NCBI GenBank assembly: GCA_025786725.1
Contig: JAHLTZ010000023.1
Location: 186,001 to 250,000, forward strand
Direction of reading: 5' to 3'
Origin: Syncephalis fuscata S228
Taxonomy: Eukaryota > Fungi > Zoopagomycota
Length of the DNA: 64,000 bases
Shown here: positions 11,747-24,925 of the stretch, in pieces
How positions within the stretch are numbered: position 1 is the first letter of the stretch
Layout: every line of letters starts with the position of its first letter
Position numbers and translations under genes: made by a program
Notes under the pieces: generated by a model
Databases searched by the model: none
Told to the model about the DNA's origin: nothing
Seen by the model: only the letters and a program-made list of their open reading frames with translations

Positions 11747-13929
11747 TTTGAATAAAAAATAGATACTACTTGGCAGTGACGAGTAGGTGTAGGAATAGTC
11801 GGCAAGAAATGCCGATGCCTACTATTTATGTAACCAGAAGATGTGATTAAGACTGCTATTATTGGTAGGCATAAATAGGCATGTGACAAATTAAAATAAA
11901 ACTATTACTGCTATTTAATAACTAGTATAGATAATGCAATTTTTTTATTATCTTATTCTTTAATATTGCTGTACATTGTTTTATTTTGCAAACATGGTGC
12001 ACCTTAATTATATGACATATTTTACACAATTTAACATATTATTAAATATTAAGTGCTAATAACAATTATTATTATTTGCTAATCCTAGCACTATTACTGC
12101 ACTTGCTTTAATATGCACATCTATATCACTTAGTTGACTATTCAGTCGAGTGTCATATTTGAATGACTTACTAAGCCCATACAATATTCATATTACCTAT
12201 TCATATTTTCCCCTTTAAATGCTAATATAAGCTATAAAAATTGGTAAATTGACTGAATAAGACTAGTTTTGCTTTGATTTAATTTTGGTTTGTTTCTGTT
12301 AAGCCAGAGTCATTATCTTGGATTATGTACTATTAGACTAATATGTTATTCTTGTACCAAATGTTGCGCATACGCAGTTAGCTAAAAAAAATTTACACTC
12401 GATTGAGCAACTAAATTTTTATAATTAAGCAATATTGTATGCATTATGGCATTGATCAATTGACTAGCAATTTAAATAATTTAAAGTTACTAATCGCTAG
12501 TTATTTGCCATTTTATTTTAGCTATAATAAACAAAATAGCATGTTGGCTATTTCGTTTAAATTGTAATAATTATTAACTAATAAAAAGTTTACTATTTAT
12601 TAAGAGTCATTAATTTATTTACAACACCAGGTACTGGCGATTATGAACAGCTAACATTATAGGACAATGTAGAGATAGGGCGCTGCTTGGCCAGTAGTTT
12701 ATAAATTCTAGGTTTAAAGCTGTAACATCAGCACGGTTACTATTGTTAATATAAAAATTATAAGTGGCCATATCTATGTTAAGCTTATCTAAATTTGGTA
12801 AAAAGTCATTTTACTTTGTACTCCCCAACTTTAAAATGGGAACAAAAGATTCATAGCTTGAATAATAATAATAAATCGTCAATCAGTTTTTGACACTGAG
12901 AGTCGTTATTTGTTGAAGCGGCGCTATGTCAACTCCAATTGAATTAATCAGAGATGAGCCAGTTCGCGCTATTTTCAATACACGGTATCAATATTAATAA
13001 ATACTAAATAGTATTTTTATGTTACTTACAATAAAATATAATAAATAGATAAATGATGGTAATAAATAAATATTAATCCATATTATTGTTGCTATAAAAT
13101 ATTTAAAGCATTATAATTGATATTTAATGTCACTCACCATCCACTATCATGTTGAATAGATTGAATTTTATTAAGATAGTCATTTAAGCACAAATCATAC
13201 TAAATTGCTAATAAATTAATTTATTAACAACATTTTAATAGAAAGCTATATAGTTATGTTGAGTATAACAACGACATAATTTCAATTGGAACGAATTTGC
13301 TATGGGGACTTAAAATAGGGACGTAAAGTAAAATTCAATCGTTGGTATTTATTCTCCATTGTTTAATGCAAATTCAAAAACAAATAATTGAGTAATAAGT
13401 AGATTGGCACATAGTAATATGCGTATAGCATGTGCCAGATATAGCCAAGTTATAACTCATTGTTTTTAAATGTTGAAGAAAAAACATTTTATAATTAATT
13501 AATATTTCTTTAGTATCTGTATTCCTTATTTAGTATTTTAAATTCATCAGTTTCAATAGTTGATGACAAATTATAAAACTCACTATAAACACAGTAATCT
13601 TAGAATATTCATCTGGTGCTGTCTAGTTAATTTAACGCATTATATTAACGTGGGACAAATAGGCCTATAAATATTAACAACATGCTATTCAGAAAAATTA
13701 CTGTAACATATACTTTCCTGACAGCTAGTGTACAGAATTGATTAAATCAAAAGGCCTTATAGTCTCCGTTGATACGCCTAAGCATGAATTAGTATAGAAA
13801 ACTTTTCTTGATTTATAACCGTATATTAATTAATTTTTTGTTTATCATCTTTATCCGCTATCTTTGTCGCTGGCGACATTGTTTTTTATATCTCATTATT
13901 TTCGGTAAACAACTAAATTACCTTGCAGC

Positions 13930-14865
13930 ATGGATATACCCTTAAGTTTCGATCATAGTAAAAAAATGCTGCCAGAAGATATTCTACAGCCAACATTTAT
14001 TGGAATATCAGTTGTTTGCGGTATTGTAGCGTGTCTTCATGGTGTTCGCCAGTGGCAAACACATACCCGAGGGCACAGTATACTAGCTATGGCAGTTCTA
14101 ATAACAATGATAGATTTCATTCTGGCAGCCATTGATTACAATACAACCTATCTTTGTTGTATATCAGAACTGCTAACCATTATGATACCCACCATACTAT
14201 TTGCTATCTGGTCCACATCGATGCGTGATCGCACATCATTCTCACATGTAGCAATTATGCGTGGCATAGCCTACACTTGGTTAGTGCTATTTATTATGGC
14301 CGCCATACTCATTGCTCTTGCCGTCAAATCTGCAGCAAAAAATAGCATTATTAATTCAACCTACGTAATTATCTGGTATATTGGCATTGGTATCAACCTT
14401 GTAGGTTGCGGCATTATAATAATCCTTGGTATTTTGCTTCAAGTAGTTACGACAAAAGATGAGTTTGATGGCAAATCAGCAAAGTCCCGACAAATGATTT
14501 GTTTATGTACTGTTTTTGGTCTTTTTTCCATTTTAAACGTTGGTCGTATTTTCGATCTTTTGCCCGTCTATATAATTCCCTACTTGACTATTCATATAAT
14601 TTTCCTAACTTCCGAGCAGTCAATCGTCAGATTTTCATGGACTGCCGAGGAAACTGTTGTATTTAGCGCAAGTCATACAAAGGTAGCTAATCACGCACTT
14701 CGCCCCTCCCGTACACGTAGCAGGCAGCTGTCCATTTCTTTGCACACACCCACTTCATCCTACTTTGTGCCAAGTCGTAATTCGCATTGTAGCCAGCCCA
14801 TACCTTCTCCCATATCGCCTCGTTCTTCTCAATGGACATATAGTGATGCTATACTAGATTTCTAA
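13930..14865 (+). CDS. Orphan multi-pass (about 6-7 TM) membrane protein with Ser/Pro-rich C-tail, GPCR/RTA1-like topology
   Basis: Intronless 311-aa ORF with regularly spaced hydrophobic segments and a polar S/P/R-rich tail; AATAAA right after the stop. Confidence 0.75.
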   Translation: MDIPLSFDHSKKMLPEDILQPTFIGISVVCGIVACLHGVRQWQTHTRGHSILAMAVLITMIDFILAAIDYNTTYLCCISELLTIMIPTILFAIWSTSMRDRTSFSHVAIMRGIAYTWLVLFIMAAILIALAVKSAAKNSIINSTYVIIWYIGIGINLVGCGIIIILGILLQVVTTKDEFDGKSAKSRQMICLCTVFGLFSILNVGRIFDLLPVYIIPYLTIHIIFLTSEQSIVRFSWTAEETVVFSASHTKVANHALRPSRTRSRQLSISLHTPTSSYFVPSRNSHCSQPIPSPISPRSSQWTYSDAILDF

Positions 14866-15159
14866 AAATAAAGTATACAAGCTGGTGGATTGAATTATCA
14901 TTGCTACAATAAAAATAATAATCTTTAAAAGTGAATTCATACATTTAATCAATTATTAATGATATGTAATTTGTAAATTTTAGTTTGTCAGTAACATACA
15001 TATTACTTATTAGATTAAAATAGAATTTGAGCCTTATACTTGTTTTTATTGCTTGTTATCTATTCTTCCTATATCACTCAGTAATTTGCTGATGATATTG
15101 TTATATTATTAAACGTATTTTATCGCTAGCTATCTATATTTTTATTACAACCATTACTT

Positions 15160-15841
15160 ACTGATGACGTTATTCTACAACTATTATTGTATTGTTGCTT
15201 GTCGATTATTCGTAGTATACTCAGCGATTTACTAATGATATGTTCTATAGCTATACTTAATTTATGCAATTGGTTTTATTTTTGTTTTATTCTACCACCT
15301 GAACAGCTCTTTCATCAGTACTTTAATTTATTCATAGTCTTTATATGTGCAATGTTATTCGAATTATGGCTTGTATTAGAATATTGTGTATATCATCGCA
15401 TTTATTAGTTAAATAAAAATAACTTTTTGTAAATTAAACAATTTGTTAACCATTTACCGTGATTTGGTGGCCAAATATTGTTAAAATAATATTTAATCTA
15501 TTGAACATAACGATGGGTAGCGAATGATATCGGTAATCAAAATACTCGTCATTGTAGATTCATTATCCAGCATGCATATATTCAGTACACACACAAATAT
15601 ATATTCTATTCACCTATATCATTCACATTCTATTATACACTACTATATAGCATTCTATGGTATACTAGGCACATACATTGTTTATATATTTTAATAAACT
15701 TTACTCACTTTACTCATTACATTATACGCACCATAGCTTTAACATCATTTATATGCTTTCTCATTGTACATTTATCATTCTATATAGCATTTTATACTCA
15801 CAAAGCCATATTCTATCCAAAACTATTTTTATTTCTGTTCT
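15160..15841 (+). repeat. ~680-bp direct repeat, copy 1
   Basis: Starts ACTGATGACGTTATTCTACAAC and ends TTTATTTCTGTTCT; near-identical to 19581-20256. Confidence 0.95.
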
Positions 15842-16340
15842 AGCTTTATTATTAAGTTTGACTAATGTCGGTCATCTGCTCATGCATATATGCTCAATAA
15901 CTTGAACATTGCTAATCTCGTTCAATATTGCATATTCATTATAACGTTTATCATTTTATTATATATTGGCTATACGCTGTCTATAGCTGTTGTCAATATG
16001 GTTCCAGCTCTTTTATTAATAAAAATACACTTATCGCACCTAGTTTGTTCACTGAGTTATATTGGTAGAACAAATAATATGAAAAGGAACAGAGTTATGT
16101 TTTATTAAGATTATTTATAAATAAACTAGATCATGACAATTAGTTATGATTTTAATGTTAATCATGCAAAGTGACGGGTATACATAGTGATAACACATAT
16201 TGTGATGCTATATGCATACTGAATAACGAATCTATGCTGATGAGTATTTGATGATTGATGTCACTCATCACCACCCATCATCATGTTCAATAGACTGGGT
16301 GTTATTAAAAATAGTCATTTGGCTCAAACCATCTAATATT

Positions 16341-16373
<33 letters not shown>

Positions 16374-16599
16374 CCCAATAATCTAATTGGTAACATATAT
16401 GGGTATAATGTAGATCCACTAGTTTTGTTAACACTTTGCAAAATGAGCTACATTTGTTATCATTTAAAGTGAAACAGCTATCGCAGCGGAAATAAAAGAA
16501 TGAAAACAAACGTGAAAAAGACGCATATTTGCAAGATGATAGAAATAAGAAGAGATTGCATAGAATAATATAAGTGTGCTATAAAGATTGCGCAGCAAA

Positions 16600-18626
16600 C
16601 TATCCCATAGCTTCCAATTGACTACTTGGAGCATCGGCAGTCATATCCATTGCATCGTTATCGTCCATCTTTTTACCACTTGAGTTGATTTTGGCTGCCT
16701 TCTTGGCTGGCTGGCTAGTAGTGTTTGCTGCATCTGCTGCACCTGCTTTTCTCTTACTACCTTTATCAAATAATCCCTTTAGGCGATCTTTTACGCCAGT
16801 AGCTGGTTCAGCCGTAGTAGCATCTACATCTTCCAAGCTGGCCGACAATCTAGTCTTTTCCTTTGCAGCAGCCTTATCGCTTAATTTACTAGTGGCAAGC
16901 TGAGTACCACTATCGTCAGAAGCAGCATCGAGCATTGCATTTGCATTTGATGCCTTTGTCTTGGATGTCTTGCTGGTCAAGTCTGCACCGGGTAGATCAT
17001 CCATACCTGTAGACATATCCATGCTATTCATATCTGGCATGTCGTTCATACCTGCCATTGGATTAGCTGCATCCGCATTGCCAGCAGTTCCTTGTGTTAA
17101 TTGATGTCTGACTATTTCACGCTGCATCTCTTGTGCGTGTAGAGCAAGTTCTTTCTCCGCCTTGATACGTTCCTTTTCGACGTTAAAGCGCAGTTGTTCA
17201 CGCTGATGATTTTGATCTCTAGCCTCATTATTGGCTTCAGTGTTCATACGAACAACATTGATTTGACCATTCACGATATCTTTGGTCATACGCTCATCAG
17301 ACTTGGCCTTCTCATTGGCGGCACGCACATTCATAAATGTATCCATACTTTTGGAAACAAAATCAGCAGCAGTACCCATTGCCTGACCTGCAAACTCTAG
17401 TCTGCCATTGGTTTGAAGCGCATTAGCGACATGTCCATTGCCGGCTATCACACCTTGCTGAAAGCCTTCATTATTCAACATGACTGATTGGTCGATGGAC
17501 CTGCTCAATCCTGGTGTTTGAGCATTGTTATTGTTGCTCATGCCCATGAAACTACCGAATGACCGGGACCGGTCCTTATCTGAAAATGGTGTTTGGGCCG
17601 ATGCAGACAATGGCGTTGTAGGTGCAGTAAAAAATGCTTGATTATTACCAGGTGTCAATGGCGGCGAATTGGGTGCAGACTGATCAAAGAAACCACTGGC
17701 TGATTCCGAAGGTCTTCTAACATTTGAGCCAAAAGGAGTATTTACCGAGGTGCTAGTGGTGAGCTATTTAGTGGCGGTGTCATTATTTTAGACGAAGTGG
17801 CTTTAGAAGAACTTGCTATGTTGCTCAAATCAAGATTCGGTAAGTCAGGCTGTCCCCTTTTGGTCGATAGCTTAGGCGATGAACTAGCACTAGACAGAGT
17901 AGAAACTGAATTGAAACTAAACGACTTGTTATCCGAATGGCCGGATGGAGGCGGTGTAACTAAGCTGTTACTTTTATTAAGCGGAGCTTTTCCTTTATCT
18001 TGAGTAAGAGCAGCAGCAGAAGTAACAATGCCAAGTGTCGTTGCTTTACTGCCACTAGGAAGCTTATTTAAGCTAAGTTTAGGTCTTATAGCTGCAGCCG
18101 CACTGGTCGATGCACTAGCGCCATTGGTAATTGCTTTAGTGCCGGCATTAATACCTAGGCCATTTTTGCCAACTACCTTAAAGGCCGGCTTCAATGCTTC
18201 TTTCATATTGAAAGTGGGCATTTTAAAATTTAATGATCGTGGAATACTTAGGGAGGCTGCCGACTGAGCAACTCGAGATGAACCAGTTTTAATAGCCGAC
18301 ATTCCAGCACCAAATGATGGAAGTCCAGAGCCAATCGACGATGCAGCAGTGATAGTCCTTCTTGATGCATTTTGAATACCTGGACGTATTGCCGAAAAAG
18401 CTTGAACGTTTGCTCGATTAATAATTCCCTAAAGCAATAAAATATTAATTTAAATTATAAATAAATTAATCAATAAACTTACAGAAACACTGGGCATAGT
18501 GGGCATATTGGGCATCTTAGGCAATTTGCTTAAGATTTTCATCATAGGCATGGCCTCATTCTCATTAGCAAAAGCTAATAGAACATAGGCTGCACAGGAT
18601 AACCATGCAGCACTGACACGAACCAT
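16600..18626 (-). CDS. Secreted low-complexity/coiled-coil protein (candidate effector)
   Basis: Exon 1 18626-18483 encodes signal peptide MVRVSAAWLSCAAYVLLAFANENEA; intron 18482-18429 splices in frame into ORF 17742..18302; a 1-nt frameshift near 17745 (or a 29-nt intron) joins ORF 16600..17658. Confidence 0.8.
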
Positions 18627-19580
18627 ATTTACTATTACTATTGCCTATTTGGCTAATGTTGTTGATAAGTAAATAGTTGTAAGTTAAAAGTGATAATCGT
18701 TTAACACTAATGTGTTTATCGTTATGTTTTTATCGTTTGATTTGTTTTGTCGTTCAACAAATAGACCGAACTACACTCAGTCTATTTGTTTATGTTTGTG
18801 TGGTTGTTGTTGTTGTTACGTAGGTGAGATAACGCGTATCACCAACGGTAATAGCGATCGAAAAACGATCGAGCAAGCGATCAGTTAAAATTCGTTAATG
18901 AATAATGGCAAGGAAATTCGTAATAAAGAGACTAGGAAGGCCGTTAGATCGTTTATAAAATAGTGATGGTATTAAAAGTGCGGATTTGCTATTATTGCCG
19001 AATTGGTTATTCATATGGCTCGATTGACTATTTGAGCATCTGTTTATATCTGGTGGTTGAAACACGTTTTGTGCTGCAACACGCGTGAGGTCGCCGCTGT
19101 CCAAATATGGAATAGACAGTAACAACATGTGTGTTTGTGTAAATAATTTTAGTAAAATCTATCTCGTGGCAGCATGGAAAATAACAAAGACACGCTAATC
19201 TGTGACAGTGGTTTGGTGATTGAAGTAAAGTTTGAGTTCTATACTTTTGTTATACACATCAAAAACATGAGAGAGATAAAACTTAAATTCCACTTCATTT
19301 TTTGGTTTCTCAACATCGCTGAGCATGAAAAGCATGAAAATAGCATTGTGATACAATAAACAAATAAATTTAATATAAAATAAATCGTAGATTGTTTTCA
19401 AAAGGATAAATAGTGTGTGCATACAATTGTAATGAATACATTTGATTTATTTATACGAGTTAGTAAAATATCGCTTTGCTCTTTGAATGTATTAATATGT
19501 CACATTCTACTTATATTAACTTGGAATGTTATGCAGTAGTACTTTTTAGATAGTAATCCATTCAAAATACCTTTTTTGTC

Positions 19581-20256
19581 ACTGATGACGTTATTCTACA
19601 ACTATTATTGTATTGTTGCTTGTCATTATTCGTAGTATACTCAGCGATTTACTAATGATATGTTCTATAGCTATACTTAATTTATGCAATTGGTTTTATT
19701 TTTGTTTTATTCTACCACCTGAACAGCTCTTTCATCAGTACTTTAATTTATTCATAGTCTTTATATGTGCAATGTTATTCGAATTATGGCTTGTATTAGA
19801 ATATGTGTATATCATCGCATTTATTAGTTAAATAAAAATAACTTTTTGTAAATTAAACAATTTATTAACCATTTACCGTGATTTGGTGGCCAAATATTGT
19901 TAAAATAATATTTAATCTATTGAACATAACGATGGGTAGCGAATGATATCGGTAATCAAAATACTCGTCATTGTAGATTCATTATCCAGCATGCATATAT
20001 TCAGTACACACAAATATATATTCTATTCACCTATATCATTCACATTCTATTATACACTACTATATAGCATTCTATGTATACTAGGCACATACATTGTTTA
20101 TATATTTTAATAAACTTTACTCACTTTACTCATTACATTATACGCACCATAGCTTTAACATCATTTATATGCTTTCTCATTGTACATTTATCATTCTATA
20201 TAGCATTTTATACTCACAAAGCCATATTCTATCCAAACTATTTTTATTTCTGTTCT
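19581..20256 (+). repeat. ~680-bp direct repeat, copy 2
   Basis: By eye differs from copy 1 by about four 1-nt indels and one substitution. Confidence 0.95.
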
Positions 20257-20903
20257 GACTTTGTTATTTATAAATGTCGCCTTATTTATCTCATTTATTT
20301 AGCAAGTTATATGTAATTGAAATCTATAACAATAAAACGTGTTTAGTATATTATAGAATGACATATAATAGTATAGGCATACATCGTTAACGATATAAGT
20401 AAATAGAATATATGTATACTGGATAATAAATTCACAATAATGAGTATTTAATGACTGATATCATTTACCACTCACCATCATGTTCAATAGATTGGATGTT
20501 ATTAAATTTAGTTATTTGATCATCAAGCTATTCTAGATTATTAATAAATTGTTTAATATTGGTGTATTAAAAATAATATAAATAAACCACTGATGTTATT
20601 GTTAAAATGCGCAGTGTCAATGTAGTTGTATTAAATGTAACTAATTGTAATATGCTAATGGCTGTAAAAGAAATGATTATATTGAATTAATAAACTAAAT
20701 AAAATATATGATGCATATTGCTACTGTTCCGCCTAAAACGTTGAAGTAGACCTTGAGTCCCATATCTTTTATTTCCAAAAAAGGTATGGGCTCAGAGTAA
20801 AATAGCTCGTGGTTTGACTCTTAAAACACGATAAAAATGGACAAACACACCGTTACTAAATGGGTTCATTGCACTACATGGATAGACACAATTGATTACT
20901 ATT

Positions 20904-23900
20904 TTATACGCGGACTGTAATGGCAGTTTCGATTTCGTCATATATATGCAGATCCTCGGAGGCAGCCTCTTCGCGACGACGTTCCAAATACAGCAAAGTG
21001 CTTTTAAAGAATCGTGATACATGCGGTAGCAATTGATCATTGGGCACCTCAGCCAATGAAGAAGAGGCGGCTCCACGAAGGGCAATTCCGGTATTGGCTG
21101 TCTCGTCGATACTTTTTTATCATTGAATTTTTCATTGATTTCTCCAATAAGTAAGTTGATCTCCTTGGTCGTGATCTATTTGGCAAGTCAGTGTTATAAA
21201 AATTCTTTATTTTGCTTTTTTCTTCTTTCACATGTGCATCTAAAACACTTACCGTAGTGCTCTTATTTTCAAAGTAGAATATATAGCGATTTAATATCTC
21301 TACATAGAGCTGGATTTTAACTGCTGGATCCAAACATGCCTCGGCTAAACTTGCAGCTCGTTTCAACAACTCCAAAACACGCTCTTCATCTCGATATAGA
21401 GTTGCCGCCTAACAGAACAAGTAAAGAAAAAACAGTCAGTTTGTGTATCGTCATGTATTGCCACTAACCTCGTCTTCGCCTCGACTAGCCATTGGCATAT
21501 GCCAGAACAGATGGGTGCACAAGCATATAGCGCGACACGAATCTGGTCGTTTTAGTAGTCGACCTGCGTAACGTACACACGTCGTAGTCAATTTGTCGTA
21601 ATTTTCCGTACCAAATACACGTGTTGACTGTAAAGTGCCAGTAAGTAGTACAATTGCTTGGAATTGTGCACGTGACTCGGTAATGGCTTCTTCATAAACG
21701 ACTAGTGCCTATGACGTAAAAGACAACCAGTATTAATTTGATGGACAAAAAGTATTGGGGTGAATTACCTGAACAAAAAAGTCATAAGCCTGTTCTTCAA
21801 ATCCACATTGATCGGCTGATTGACTGGCCATTAAGAATAGGCGGAATGCAAGTTCATGGCATTCCGTTTTGTTGTAGAGTACGGCAATGACTTGAGATAT
21901 AAATCGGAATAGTGCCTCACACTTCTTGCGCCAATCTTCATCCTATTCAATAGTAATAATAAATAGCTTTTAGTAATTGATAGCAATTGTATTAACACCA
22001 TACTACGTACCAATTCTTCTAGCAATTTGTATCGTTGAGCCAGTTGAACTGCTTGGGTAATTACTGAAGGGAATGTGTATCGAATTCGATCACCACTGTC
22101 CGATAATTGTTTTCGGACTGCCGATAATAGCTAATATGAAATACAATGATTAATTAAAGTCTATTTAATGTTTACTTATCTTCGTTTGCTTCATCACTCA
22201 CCATAAATTGTTCGTCAGCATTCTGACCTTGGAAAAGATGAATAAGACGGGCCATCCAGCTTTGTTCCTCGATATAGTCCTCTTCATCTTGACGAGAGGC
22301 AAAATTGCCCGGCCGCATTGGACAGTCCTTTTGATCACGTATCAATACCGCACATAATGTAAGAATGCCATTGACATCATCGGTTGTATCGATTATTGTG
22401 TGATGTTTCAATATAGAGTTGACAATGTCGTGTGCAATTGCTCGACGTGATGAATAGTGCTGTTGCACTAATAATGGCTCATAGTTTGGCAATAGCATTA
22501 GTGTCATCACTGTGGGATAGGCTAGAATTGGCGCACGCAACAATGCTAGCATGTTTTTAATTGTATCTTGATGCATCAAATCCGGACTATATTAATAATA
22601 ATTGTTATTTGATGCTTAATTTAATGTTAAACATAAATAAAAGCTTACCTGTCTTGGAATGATGCCAATTTCTCACGAGTATACGCTAGTACACGATCGA
22701 CATTCTCCAATTTCTCTGGGTAGCAACTTAAAGTCAAATTGACCAACGAGACAAGCATGGCAATAACATCTGGAACAGTAATATCCGGTCGTTCCTATGG
22801 TAATATAAGGTTATTGTTTAATCCATCTAGCTACTTATATGTATATGTATATGTATATGTATGTATACATATCATATTACTAACCTTGATAACTGAAGTA
22901 ATTTCTTCCCAGAATATATCAAATAACGGTACATCTTTAGGAATGCCACGACGTAATAGTTTTTTCTCTTTAGATGGTTTTTCCTTGTCTTCTTCGTCGT
23001 CATTTTCATCATTGCTATCCTTTTCTTCTTCATCTTTTTCTTCATCCTCTTCATCTTCATCTTCTTCTTCTTCATCATCGCTGTCTATTGGATTCTCTTC
23101 AGCTTCACGAGTTGCATATGCTGTCAATCGATCAATCAATCCAATAATAATATTTTTAATGCTAACACGTGGATTCAGCTTTTTACATGTATCAAGGAAT
23201 GGACGTAGTGTCCAAAGATGGAAATCATCTTGGAATACCTATTAATAAGTAAATTAATACGTAGATTAATACATAAGTATAATATAATGAATATAATGCA
23301 TATACTACATAAAATGACTATTTACCTGAACAATAACTTCCATTAAATACTCTTGCGCAATAACATCACGGCACTTGATGATCTGTTCAAGTACTGCTGG
23401 TAGAATGGTCTATATAGACATGTAAATAATCAATACCTATATTATTATAATTAATCTACATACTTCCTTGTAAACAGGTAAATCAACTCCTTCCAATTGA
23501 CTTAAACGAACTAGATTGGTACCAACAAGAATACGTAGCTCTTTACGTTCCAATTCACGACGATCACGGTCACGAGAATGACCTTGATGTTGTAGACGAA
23601 CCCATAGTTTGTTCATTTCCGTGAAATTAATAAGAATAAATGTAATACTATCCTTTAAATTGCCTTCAGGCCTTAATAGCCAATTAACTATTAATATTGC
23701 TATACAATGGGCCACTAATAACACTTACCCTTGACTAATGCCTTCTGGCATCTTGTCCCTAGTCATGCCACTAAGATAATGGCGTAGAAATAGACCACGT
23801 GTAGGATGTTGTACACCTCGACTCATTTCAATCATATCACGCATTAATTCTTTAACCGGAGCCTCAGGAATGCCCATAAACACCGCACCCACTGTAATCA

Positions 23901-24367
23901 TTAAATAAAGGCGGGGCACAATATTCCCGGCATATTGTACCAGTTCGTACAATTCCGATAATTTGTGCCGTCCCATCTTATGAGATTCAACAAGAAATGT
24001 GGTCAAATGTCTTAGGGCATCAAAGATGGCCATATCTAATGCCAAGAGTTAAGTTATATGCAGATGATCGATTATATAAATTAAAAAGGATACATAGCTC
24101 ATAGTAGTTTTTGGGCGTAAGAGCAGATGTGCGTAACTCTGCTAGCATAACAGAGCAGAATTTTAAACTTTCCATTAGTTTTTGATCATCCTAGAATATT
24201 ATTAGAGCAATCAGTATTGTTAGTGCTCTTGATTGACAGTGTTTACTGCAGCACGTTATACTTACCAAGGCTTTACACATAAGATGAGACTGAGTCTTTA
24301 CAACCGTCAAGGCATCCGCCAGCAATCTCTGCTGCTCCTCTTGCGTAGGCAAATTCGCCAAACTCAT
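20904..24367 (-). CDS. VPS35: Retromer cargo-recognition subunit Vps35 (multi-exon)
   Basis: [85 protein letters not shown]. The last exon needs a +1 correction at an A-run (~21115) to read [14 protein letters not shown]...YDEI to the stop at 20904. Confidence 0.97.
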
Positions 24368-24925
24368 ATTGAACAATGGCTATGCTTCTATACTAATCGT
24401 TAACAGTAGCCCGTCTATTTTAATAAACAATCGACTGCTTACCTGAACAAATAAACAAAAGACCGGTATTGATGACGGTGACGCACGGGGCGTGTTGGTA
24501 GCTGGACCTTAAGCGTTCTCCTGCCTATCAACAATCAGTACTCGTGGCTAAATCCGACCTGAAGATGACAGCAGCAATAACTACGTTGATGTTGTCGAGT
24601 AAAAGGGTCGAGTGAGTGAGTGAGTGAGTAAGTGAGCGATACGAGTAGGAGTGCAGGTAAGCGAGTCAATGAGCGAACGAGTATGGTATTTACGCAATGA
24701 CGAAAGTGACAAGAATCAAGGACAAGTTAGTCTGGCGGTCAGGTGTGTTATTGGTGTATGTCATTTGTGGATATCCATAGATTAGTTGGTTGTGTGGAAA
24801 TGATCAAATTAGATTGACTCAACTATCTTCTTTGTAATATTTATTATGACTTTGGTCGAGTCGCTCTTTGTAATTCATTATGATGGCTTATCGCGGAATT
24901 TTCTTGTTTTTTTATCGTATATAAA

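Larger units (their letters stand above)
13126..20560. mobile_element. Dispersed ~100-bp degenerate repeat family (5 copies, both orientations), possible MITE terminal inverted repeats
   Basis: Core ATGTTCAATAGAYT with similar flanks at ~13126-13235 (+, core ATGTTGAATAGATT), ~15432-15532 (-), ~16256-16335 (+), ~19851-19951 (-), ~20456-20560 (+). Confidence 0.5.

Noticed and set aside
15187-16472. Short hydrophobic ORFs within and near the repeats (also 19613..20316)
   Set aside because: Expected by chance in AT-rich DNA; frames differ between the two repeat copies.
15160-20256. LTR retrotransposon interpretation of the direct repeats
   Set aside because: No TG...CA termini, convincing TSD or gag/pol remnants; the interior is a spliced cellular-type gene.
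20792-21085. Separate 97-aa ORF downstream of VPS35
   Set aside because: Wrong-frame reading of the frameshifted last VPS35 exon.
22838-22870. (TATATG)n microsatellite and YVYVYV ORF
   Set aside because: Simple repeat inside a VPS35 intron; the ORF is antisense to the acidic VPS35 loop.
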